A stretch of DNA of 64,000 nt from Moraxellaceae bacterium (GTDB lineage Bacteria > Pseudomonadota > Gammaproteobacteria > Pseudomonadales > Moraxellaceae): contig JBAQKP010000044.1 of assembly GCA_049301135.1 (NCBI GenBank), forward strand, positions 10,460-74,459. Direction: 5' to 3'. How positions within the stretch are numbered: the stretch's first letter is position 1; the number at the start of each line of letters is the position of its first letter. Of this stretch, positions 18,767 to 26,049 are shown in pieces. The position numbers and the translations under genes were made by a program. The notes beneath the pieces were generated by a model. The model saw only the letters and a list, made by a program, of their open reading frames with translations, was not told the origin of the DNA and searched no databases.

Positions 18767-20254
18767 TTAATGCCGCGCCAGTAGCGTATCAGGGTCGGCT
18801 TTATGGTGAATGCCATATTGATCGACCAGCGTTGCACTGGCTTGGTTGAGCCCCAATACTTCGACTAAACGGCCATTTTTGCGCAGCTTTAACACCACTT
18901 TATCCAGTGACGTGACCGCTGTCACATCCCACAGATGTGCATGCTGCAAATCAATCACCACGCGCGGCAATATTTCATTCATCTCAAATGCCGCCACAAA
19001 TCGCTCCGCCGACGCAAAAAACACTTGCCCCGACACCTGATACACACGGCTTTGTGCAACGTCATCGACATGGCTGTCGATATACAACAAATGCCCGATT
19101 TTATTGGCAAAAAACAGCGCGGAGAGTAACACACCCGTCAGCACGCCATAAGCCAAGTTATGCGTCGCCACCACCACCGCAACGGTTGCAATCATCACGA
19201 TATTCGATGAGCGCGGATAGTCACGGATTTTCAGCACCGAATCCCAGTTAAAGGTGCTGATCGACACCATAATCATCACCGCAACCAAGGCCGCCATCGG
19301 AATCGCCCCGATCAAATCACTTAAAAACACCACCATAATCAGCAAGAACACGCCTGCCAAAAACGTCGAAAGCCGAGTGCGGCCACCAGATTTGACGTTA
19401 ATCATCGACTGACCAATCATCGCACAACCGGCCATGCCACCGAGCAACCCCGCGCCGACATTGGCGATGCCTTGGCCGCGACACTCTTGGTTTTTGTCAC
19501 TGCTGGTATCGGTCATCTCATCGACAATCGTCGCGGTCATCATCGACTCGAGTAGGCCGACCACCGCCAAAGCGATTGAGTACGGCAAAATAATCTTCAG
19601 GGTTTCAAGGTTCAGTGGCACGTCTGGCCACAGGAAAATCGGCAGCGTATCCGGCAGTTGTCCCATATCTGCGACCGTTCGAATATCCAGTTTAAGCAGC
19701 AGTGCGATGATGGTCAGCACCACAATCGTGACCAGCGGTGACGGGATCACTTGACCGATTCTGGGCACATACGGAAACAGATAAATAATCGCTAAACCAA
19801 ACGCGGTCATCGCATACACCTGCCAAGTGACATTGGTCAGTTCGGGCAGTTGCGCCATAAAAATCAAAATCGCCAACGCATTCACAAAGCCGATCACCAC
19901 CGACTTTGAGACAAAGCGCATCAGGCTGCCCAGCTTGAGCAGTCCCATGATGATCTGAATCACCCCACAGAGCAGCGTTGCCGCGAGCAGATATTCCAGA
20001 CCGTGTAGCTTGACCAAGCTCACCATCAGCACTGCCATGGCCGCCGTCGCTGCCGAAATCATCGCCGGACGACCACCGACAAACGAAATCACCACCGCGA
20101 TACAAAACGAGGCATACAGCCCAACTTTAGGGTCAACCCCTGCGATAATCGAAAACGCAATCGCTTCTGGAATCAAGGCCAGTGCCACCACCAAACCCGA
20201 TAAAACATCGCCACGGATGTTAGAGAACCATTGTTGTTGAATGGATTGCCACAT
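18767..20254 (-). CDS. SulP family inorganic anion transporter with a C-terminal STAS domain
   Basis: The polytopic SulP core ([26 protein letters not shown]...) is followed by a STAS domain ([16 protein letters not shown]...). I chose the internal ATG (MWQSIQQ). Confidence 0.9.
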   Translation of the reverse strand: MWQSIQQQWFSNIRGDVLSGLVVALALIPEAIAFSIIAGVDPKVGLYASFCIAVVISFVGGRPAMISAATAAMAVLMVSLVKLHGLEYLLAATLLCGVIQIIMGLLKLGSLMRFVSKSVVIGFVNALAILIFMAQLPELTNVTWQVYAMTAFGLAIIYLFPYVPRIGQVIPSPLVTIVVLTIIALLLKLDIRTVADMGQLPDTLPIFLWPDVPLNLETLKIILPYSIALAVVGLLESMMTATIVDEMTDTSSDKNQECRGQGIANVGAGLLGGMAGCAMIGQSMINVKSGGRTRLSTFLAGVFLLIMVVFLSDLIGAIPMAALVAVMIMVSISTFNWDSVLKIRDYPRSSNIVMIATVAVVVATHNLAYGVLTGVLLSALFFANKIGHLLYIDSHVDDVAQSRVYQVSGQVFFASAERFVAAFEMNEILPRVVIDLQHAHLWDVTAVTSLDKVVLKLRKNGRLVEVLGLNQASATLVDQYGIHHKADPDTLLARH

Positions 20255-20571
20255 CAGAAAAGTCACCCAAAAAAAGCGTGTACAGCCCAACCCCAACCCG
20301 ATAGCTGCATCAGGAGAATCAAGCTGACATTAGAAAATCGGAAAAAACGCAAACGACATCCCCCTCAAACGAGGCGGACAAAAAAATCGAGATCAAAAAA
20401 TTATGGTGGACTGGCTGACATCAAAAAACGTGACCGGCACGGCTGAAGTGCTGCAAATGTTAGCACAGCGAGGCGTAAAAATTGGCGATTTGGTTTGACC
20501 GTCAGTTTTTTAAACATTTTTTCTAGTCGAACGATTGAGATTTTTGGCACAAGCTTCGCTATAATCAATAT

Positions 20572-20586
20572 TGGGAATCATTATCA
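20572..20586. promoter_or_regulatory. Fur box overlapping the feoA promoter
   Basis: TGGGAAT-c-ATTATCA matches the 7-1-7 Fur consensus at 12/14 positions. It lies just downstream of a TATAAT hexamer (20560-20565), and a further Fur-like ATAATCAATATT is adjacent. Confidence 0.55.
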
Positions 20587-20614
20587 ACTATATTCCCAGT
20601 CATTTTTATTGCTG

Positions 20615-20875
20615 ATGAGGTGGCGTGTGCTGCTGTCCGAATTACCGCGTGATGTGGTGGCGACTATTGTAGCGGTCGATGCACCAGCGGCCGATGATCC
20701 GATTGCACAGCGGCTGCGTGAGCTAGGCTTTGTGGTCGGTGAGCAGGTGCGTTGTACCGCACTCGCGCCATTTGGTGCTGATCCGATGTTGGTGCAAGTC
20801 GGTTATACCCGTTTTGCGCTACGGCGTAGTGAGGCGCGGCGCGTGCAGATTCAACTCAATGAGGTCAATCCATGA
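20615..20875 (+). CDS. feoA: Ferrous iron transport protein A
   Basis: It has the small SH3-like FeoA sequence (...RLRELGFVVGEQVRCTALAPFGADPMLVQVGYTRFALRRSEA). Its stop overlaps the feoB start (ATGA). The start is uncertain: ATG at 20615 or GTG at 20627. Confidence 0.85.
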   Translation: MRWRVLLSELPRDVVATIVAVDAPAADDPIAQRLRELGFVVGEQVRCTALAPFGADPMLVQVGYTRFALRRSEARRVQIQLNEVNP

Positions 20876-22746
20876 CGCCTATCGCCGCCACCGATCTCAA
20901 ATCCATCGCACAAATCGCCCTCGTCGGCAATCCAAACTGCGGTAAAACCTCGCTATTTAACCGACTGACCGGCACACGGCAAAAAGTCGCCAACTATGCG
21001 GGCGTCACCGTCGAGCGCAAAGAAGGCCGCTTGCAGTTACCGTCGGGTCGGCATTTAAAGATTTTAGATTTACCCGGTGCGTATAGTCTACAAGCGACCA
21101 GTCCCGACGAGGCGATCACCCGTGCGGTGTGCTTGGGCGAGTTGGCAGATGAGGCGCGGCCGGACTTGCTGGTCTGTGTGGTGGATGCGACCAACTTGCG
21201 GCTGCACTTGCGCTTTGTGTTAGAGCTACGCGCACTGGGTCGGCCGATGTTGCTGGTGCTGAACATGATGGATGACGCAGCGCGGCGTGGCATCCAGATC
21301 GATCAAGATTTACTGTCCAAAAAAATCGGCCTACCTGTGGTGACCACGATTGCCACCCAAGCCAACGGTGTGCAAAGTCTATTACAACAGCTGGATTTAG
21401 ATTGGCAAAATTGGATTGTATCGCCGGACACACACGCATTACATCAACCTGATCTGCACCAACAGGTACGCGAATTGCTGGCCGAAACCGTCAGCATGCC
21501 TGCCTTGACCGATCAACGTGATGATCGACTCGATCGGATTTTGTTGCATCCGGTGTGGGGATTGCTGTGTCTGGCATTGATCATGTTTATGATTTTTCAG
21601 GCGGTATTTGCGGGTGCAGCGCCGTTGATGGATGGCATCGAAACGCTGTTTGCGGGCATCAGTGATCTGGTCAGTGCGCAGATGCCGGATGGTGTCCTAA
21701 AAAGCCTCGTGGTCGATGGCATCATTGCGGGCGTTGGCGGTGTAGTGGTGTTTTTGCCGCAGATTTTGATTCTATTTTTATTTATTTTGCTGCTAGAAGA
21801 GTCGGGTTATTTACCACGCGCGGCGTTTTTATTGGATCGCTTGATGTTTAAATCCGGTCTGAGCGGTCGGTCGTTTATTCCGTTGTTGTCGAGTTTTGCC
21901 TGTGCTGTGCCAGGGGTGATGGCGACTCGCAGTATTCAAGATCCGCGCGACCGTTTGGCGACGATTATGGTCGCGCCATTGATGACTTGTTCGGCGCGTT
22001 TGCCAGTGTATGCGTTGTTAATTGGTGCGTTTATTCCAGCGCAAACGGTGGCAGGGCTGTTTAATTTACAGGGCTTGGTGTTGTTTGCGCTGTATGCGGC
22101 AGGCATTGCCAGTGCCTTGGCTGTGTCGTGGCTGATGAAAAAGATCCACCGTGACCGCAGCGAACACGCGTTGCTGTTGGAGCTGCCGAGTTATCGTGTG
22201 CCGTCATGGCGCAGTGTCTCGCTGGGGCTGTATGAGCGGGCGAGTATTTTTTTAAAGCGGGTTGGCGGGATTATTTTGGCGCTGACCATTTTGCTGTGGT
22301 TTTTAGCCAGCTTTCCTGCACTGCCAGATGGCGCGACGGGATCGGCGATTGATTATAGTTTTGCCGGTCAATTGGGGCATTTGATGGCGCCGATTTTTGC
22401 ACCGTTGGGCTTTTCTTGGCAGATTTGTATTGCATTAATTCCGGCGATGGCGGCGCGTGAGGTGGTGGTGGCGGCGCTCGGCACGGTGTACGCGTTGTCG
22501 GGCAACGATGACATGCTGTCACAACAACTCAGTCCGTTGATTGCCGATCAATGGTCACTGGCGACGGCGTTGTCGTTGTTGGTGTGGTTTGTGTTTGCAC
22601 CGCAGTGTATTGCGACGCTGGCGACGGTGCGGCGTGAGACGGGTTCGTGGCGGCAGGTGTCGATCATGACTGCGTATCTGTTTGGCTTGGCCTATCTGAT
22701 GGCGATGCTGACCTATCAGGCGGCAGTCGCGCTGGGCTGGGGCTAG
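20872..22746 (+). CDS. feoB: Ferrous iron transporter FeoB
   Basis: An N-terminal G-domain (GNPNCGKTSLFN; DLPG) is followed by the polytopic FeoB membrane domain. Confidence 0.95.
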   Translation: MTPIAATDLKSIAQIALVGNPNCGKTSLFNRLTGTRQKVANYAGVTVERKEGRLQLPSGRHLKILDLPGAYSLQATSPDEAITRAVCLGELADEARPDLLVCVVDATNLRLHLRFVLELRALGRPMLLVLNMMDDAARRGIQIDQDLLSKKIGLPVVTTIATQANGVQSLLQQLDLDWQNWIVSPDTHALHQPDLHQQVRELLAETVSMPALTDQRDDRLDRILLHPVWGLLCLALIMFMIFQAVFAGAAPLMDGIETLFAGISDLVSAQMPDGVLKSLVVDGIIAGVGGVVVFLPQILILFLFILLLEESGYLPRAAFLLDRLMFKSGLSGRSFIPLLSSFACAVPGVMATRSIQDPRDRLATIMVAPLMTCSARLPVYALLIGAFIPAQTVAGLFNLQGLVLFALYAAGIASALAVSWLMKKIHRDRSEHALLLELPSYRVPSWRSVSLGLYERASIFLKRVGGIILALTILLWFLASFPALPDGATGSAIDYSFAGQLGHLMAPIFAPLGFSWQICIALIPAMAAREVVVAALGTVYALSGNDDMLSQQLSPLIADQWSLATALSLLVWFVFAPQCIATLATVRRETGSWRQVSIMTAYLFGLAYLMAMLTYQAAVALGWG

Positions 22747-22780
22747 ATTCGGATTAGGCCAAAAATCGAGGACAGACAAC

Positions 22781-23107
22781 ATGCAAGAAGCTTTTCAAAC
22801 AATCATTCAAGAAAGCATTGTGCTACTGTTGGTCGGTTGGAGTGTCTGGCAGGTATTGCGGCGTTTTGCGGCGCGTCCGCTGTATCTGGTGCAGTCGCAT
22901 TTGGCGGCACTGTTGCAACGCTACGGCTGGCCACGCGTGGCGGCATATTTGACGCCCGTTGCCCCGACTGCGGCCGGTTGCAGTCAAGGCTGTGGCGGAT
23001 GTAGCAGCAATGCTGCGCCGAGTTGCACCAGTCAGGCGGCAACGCCGGTAGACACAGCTGTCACTGACCTTGCACCGAGCGACGTGCGACCGGTGCAGTG
23101 GCGTTGA
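22781..23107 (+). CDS. FeoB-associated Cys-rich membrane protein-like (in place of FeoC)
   Basis: One N-terminal TM helix and a Cys cluster (GCSQGCGGCSS...C). It lies immediately downstream of feoB. Confidence 0.55.
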   Translation: MQEAFQTIIQESIVLLLVGWSVWQVLRRFAARPLYLVQSHLAALLQRYGWPRVAAYLTPVAPTAAGCSQGCGGCSSNAAPSCTSQAATPVDTAVTDLAPSDVRPVQWR

Positions 23108-23165
23108 GATGCTATTTTTTACCTGCAAAATCTCAACAGATCTAGCTGCTCCTTGACTTGTTGGC

Positions 23166-23184
23166 GATAGCATATATTGCTATC
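23166..23184. promoter_or_regulatory. Palindromic candidate operator upstream of hicA
   Basis: Perfect inverted repeat GATAGCA-tatat-TGCTATC. It lies 10 nt upstream of the hicA ATG and downstream of a TTGACT hexamer (23153-23158). Confidence 0.45.
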
Positions 23185-23193
23185 ATATTTTGC

Positions 23194-23448
23194 ATGAATG
23201 CGACCCATAAAAAGACACTGTCGGCGATTTTTGCCAGTCCCACGCCTGCAACCCTTGAATGGCGCAGGATAGAGTCTTTGTTCCTTGCACTTGGGGCGCA
23301 AACGGTAGAAGGTAATGGCTCGCGAGTTCGATTTGAGCTGAATGGTGTTATTGCATCCTTTCATCGGCCACATCCGCAAAAGGAAGCAAAACCCTACCAA
23401 GTCCGCGACGCCAGAGAGTTTTTAACTCAAGCAGGAGTGCAGCCATGA
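23194..23448 (+). CDS. hicA: Type II toxin-antitoxin system HicA-family mRNA interferase toxin
   Basis: 84 aa. It shows the HicA-like pattern TLEWRRIESLFLALGAQTVEGNGSRVRF...FHRPHP, and its stop overlaps the hicB start (ATGA). Confidence 0.78.
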   Translation: MNATHKKTLSAIFASPTPATLEWRRIESLFLALGAQTVEGNGSRVRFELNGVIASFHRPHPQKEAKPYQVRDAREFLTQAGVQP

Positions 23449-23777
23449 ATATCATGTCCTATCAAAATTATGCCGCCAAAATCGAATACAGTGATGAGGA
23501 CGCTTGCTTTGTTGGCCATATTGCGGGTATTCGAGATGTGGTTGGCTTTCACGGGGAGTCGGTTACTGAGCTTCGACAAGCATTTGAAGACGCCGTGGAC
23601 GATTATGTGGCCACTTGCGAAAAATTAAACCGGAAACCGCAGCGCCCTTATTCGGGTAAAGTCATGCTGCGGATTGAGCCTAGCATCCATGCGCGTGTTG
23701 CCATGCAAGCAGCAGCTCAAGGCAAAAGTCTGAATGCATGGGCGCAAGATGTACTGTTACGAGCAGTATCGGTTTAG
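23445..23777 (+). CDS. hicB: HicB-family antitoxin
   Basis: An N-terminal HicB fold segment (YAAKIEYSDEDACFVGHIAGIRDVVGFHGESVTELRQAFEDAVDDY) is followed by a C-terminal RHH-like DNA-binding tail (YSGKVMLRIEPSIHARVAMQAAAQGKSLNAWAQDVL). Confidence 0.85.
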   Translation: MNIMSYQNYAAKIEYSDEDACFVGHIAGIRDVVGFHGESVTELRQAFEDAVDDYVATCEKLNRKPQRPYSGKVMLRIEPSIHARVAMQAAAQGKSLNAWAQDVLLRAVSV

Positions 23778-24142
23778 CGTCTCGTATTAACACCGGCACC
23801 GACATTAATCCGGCCAACATTGGCACCGACCTGTACGCCATGACGATTAACGCTAGCGCCAGCACCCACAAATGGCAATTTTACCCCGACATTAATGCCA
23901 CGATCCGCTGACTGATGATGTGTTTGATGATGACGATACTCGCTTCTTAAACGGTCTCGCCGTTGTGCCATACGTTGCTCACGGCGCTCGACCGCACGGT
24001 CAAGCCGACGTTCTTGGGCATGAATCACCGCCAATTCGGTGCGGTCAAACGCGCGTTCAAGTGCGGTATTGTGAGGATTAGCATAGCTGGTCATGGCGGA
24101 TAAGCCCAAAACTGTACCGAATAACAGAGGATATAGTGTCAT
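23774..24142 (-). CDS. Hypothetical secreted protein with an R/E/H-rich helix and a G/V/N-rich (glycine-zipper-like) C-terminus
   Basis: AAGGAG RBS, then ATG at 24142. The signal peptide is MTLYPLLFGTVLGLSAMTSYA. A charged helical stretch is followed by repeated VGAGASVN / VGANVG / VGAGVN. Its 3' end overlaps the hicB stop by 4 nt. Confidence 0.55.
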   Translation of the reverse strand: MTLYPLLFGTVLGLSAMTSYANPHNTALERAFDRTELAVIHAQERRLDRAVERREQRMAQRRDRLRSEYRHHQTHHQSADRGINVGVKLPFVGAGASVNRHGVQVGANVGRINVGAGVNTRR

Positions 24143-24297
24143 GCGTCGCTCCTTATTGTGATCACTGCGATGAATTTTGATCCTAATCAATCCGCTGTGT
24201 AGATGCTGTAGGTCACTGTGTAGAACATGTAAGCAGAACAATCGCTTTTCTGGCAAAATAGACAGATTGTCTTGCTGTTGCTGTGCATGGTCTGTCT

Positions 24298-25287
24298 ATG
24301 AAATTGCTCCGTTTACACGCGCTTCCTGAAGGGTTTAGCCTGCCGCCGACTGCGGTCACGATTGGTAATTTTGACGGGGTGCATGTCGGTCATCAGGCGA
24401 TGATCGCGGCACTGCAAAGCATTGCACAGCAACAACAATTGAAAACACTGGTCATGGTGTTTGAACCGCAACCATTAGAGTTTTTTAAAGGACTCGACGC
24501 ACCACCACGCATCACCGCATGGCGTGAAAAAATCGAACTACTGCGTGACCTTGGTGTGGATTACATCGTGTCGGTACGCTTTGATCAGGCGTTTCGCTCG
24601 CTGACCGCGCAAGCCTTTGCTGATCTGCTCAAGCATCGCCTAAACGCGCAAAGTCTGATTATTGGCGATGATTTCCGCTTTGGTTGTGATCGCGCTGGTG
24701 ATCGTGAGTTTTTGATGCAATATGGCTTTCCGGTTGCGTCACTGCCGACCATCGAAATCGACGGTGGGCGAGTCAGCTCGACGCGGATTCGGCAGTGTTT
24801 GCAAGACGGTGATTTTGTACAGGCGGCGCATTTGCTCGGTCGGCCTTATACGATTACCGGACGTGTGCAGTACGGCGATCAGATTGGCCGGACGATTGAT
24901 TTTCCGACCGCCAATGTCGCCTTGAATCGCTTAAAGCCTTGTCTACATGGGATTTATTCGGTGGAAATGCAGACGTTAAGCGGTGCGACGTTGCCAGAAC
25001 GGGTCAACGGCGGGGTGCTGGGTTATGCACCAGATCGGCTGTATGGGGCGGGGCATCTCGGCACGCGGCCAGCGTTAGAGGGCATTGTGCCGTTGACGTG
25101 GCGGCTGGAGGTGTTTTTGCCGAAAGCGTCGGCCAATTTGTACGGCTTGCGGGTCAAGGTGCGGTTTTTGCACTTTTTACATGGTGAAATCAAATACCCG
25201 TCGTTTGATGCGCTCAAAGACGGGATTCAAGATGATGTGAAGAAATTGTTGGCGTGGCGTGAAGACAATGCTGGCGCGGGTATTTAG
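24298..25287 (+). CDS. ribF: Bifunctional riboflavin kinase / FMN adenylyltransferase
   Basis: GNFDGVHVGHQ motif, a C-terminal riboflavin kinase domain (GRTIDFPTAN...), and the position upstream of ileS. Confidence 0.93.
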   Translation: MKLLRLHALPEGFSLPPTAVTIGNFDGVHVGHQAMIAALQSIAQQQQLKTLVMVFEPQPLEFFKGLDAPPRITAWREKIELLRDLGVDYIVSVRFDQAFRSLTAQAFADLLKHRLNAQSLIIGDDFRFGCDRAGDREFLMQYGFPVASLPTIEIDGGRVSSTRIRQCLQDGDFVQAAHLLGRPYTITGRVQYGDQIGRTIDFPTANVALNRLKPCLHGIYSVEMQTLSGATLPERVNGGVLGYAPDRLYGAGHLGTRPALEGIVPLTWRLEVFLPKASANLYGLRVKVRFLHFLHGEIKYPSFDALKDGIQDDVKKLLAWREDNAGAGI

Positions 25288-25322
25288 TCGGACAGATTGA
25301 AAACGTCAAAAGGTCGCGCACT

Positions 25323-25475
25323 ATGAGCAACATACCTAACACAAGCACCACCCTGATTGACCCAGACAATCCGTCAACGACTGAGGCGTTTTGGCAAGGT
25401 GCGCTGTTAAAGCGTGCGGGGCAGCCAATTGGAGTGGTTAAACGGTTTTTGCTTGGTTACTTCGCTCTCGACTGA
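25323..25475 (+). pseudogene. BrnA/DUF4415-like antitoxin gene remnant (50-aa ORF, my own translation)
   Basis: Translation: MSNIPNTSTTLIDPDNPSTTEAFWQGALLKRAGQPIGVVKRFLLGYFALD. The part IDPDNP..T.EAFW..A.LKRAGQP resembles the N-terminal D.DNPE.T.E.F..A...RRGRP signature of DUF4415. The similarity ends where the composition turns AT-rich (about 25445). Confidence 0.3.
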
Positions 25476-25824
25476 TTACAACCATGATTGCTAACACTTT
25501 AAAAAATACCGTTCCATGCCAGATCTCATAGACCATCACGCCAATTGTCAGAGCTACCAGCCCATATACGACAGCTTTGGAAATATTTTTGCTCAATATG
25601 ATCCAGAGCCAAGTCGCCATACAAAGGCTTGTTGCTGTCCAAAAAAATAGCGATGAAGGCAAAAAAGCCGTTCTTTCAAAAGAGGTGTGTGCATTAAACA
25701 GGATGTTTTGCCCAAGCAACCGACTTGCCACAATATTCAGTAAGATGAGCATTGGTAGGCTGTAAAAAAGATACCTCAAATAGTCCCAAACGGTTAAACG
25801 TCGTCCCTTGCCTGCCGTCAGCAT
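25438..25824 (-). CDS. Hypothetical polytopic membrane protein (128 aa), AT-rich ORFan
   Basis: The ORF lies in an AT-rich islet between ribF and ileS. I estimate 3-4 hydrophobic helices. I recognise no family, and the start is uncertain. Confidence 0.45.
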   Translation of the reverse strand: MLTAGKGRRLTVWDYLRYLFYSLPMLILLNIVASRLLGQNILFNAHTSFERTAFLPSSLFFWTATSLCMATWLWIILSKNISKAVVYGLVALTIGVMVYEIWHGTVFFKVLAIMVVISRERSNQAKTV

Positions 25825-26049
25825 CAGATGTCCTATCAGTTAAAATGGTCGCGTTGTGAACAAAATTAATGCTAGCCGACATACTTAGCATAGCAATACG
25901 ACTGCCGTCACCCCATCACTCCTAATTTCTGGCAAAATAGCCCGCCCACTATGATTGTGGGTAGCCGTTAGAACCGGCGTTGACCATTTTCCAGTGTGAT
26001 TTGCCAGACGGGTTGACCCGCTGGTCGATCCAAAACACGAGTTGCAATC

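Noticed and set aside
20403-20498. A 31-aa ORF (MVDWLTSKNVTGTAEVLQMLAQRGVKIGDLV) with an HTH-like flavour in the SulP-feoA spacer.
   Set aside because: It is too short, it has no RBS, and I cannot tie it to a family. It may be a gene fragment or chance.
20545-20560. A sigma-54-like -24/-12 element, TGGCAC-aagct-TCGC (GG-N10-GC spacing), upstream of feoA.
   Set aside because: The -12 element is TCGC, not TTGC. A TATAAT hexamer and Fur boxes immediately downstream already explain the promoter. feo operons are not known sigma-54 targets.
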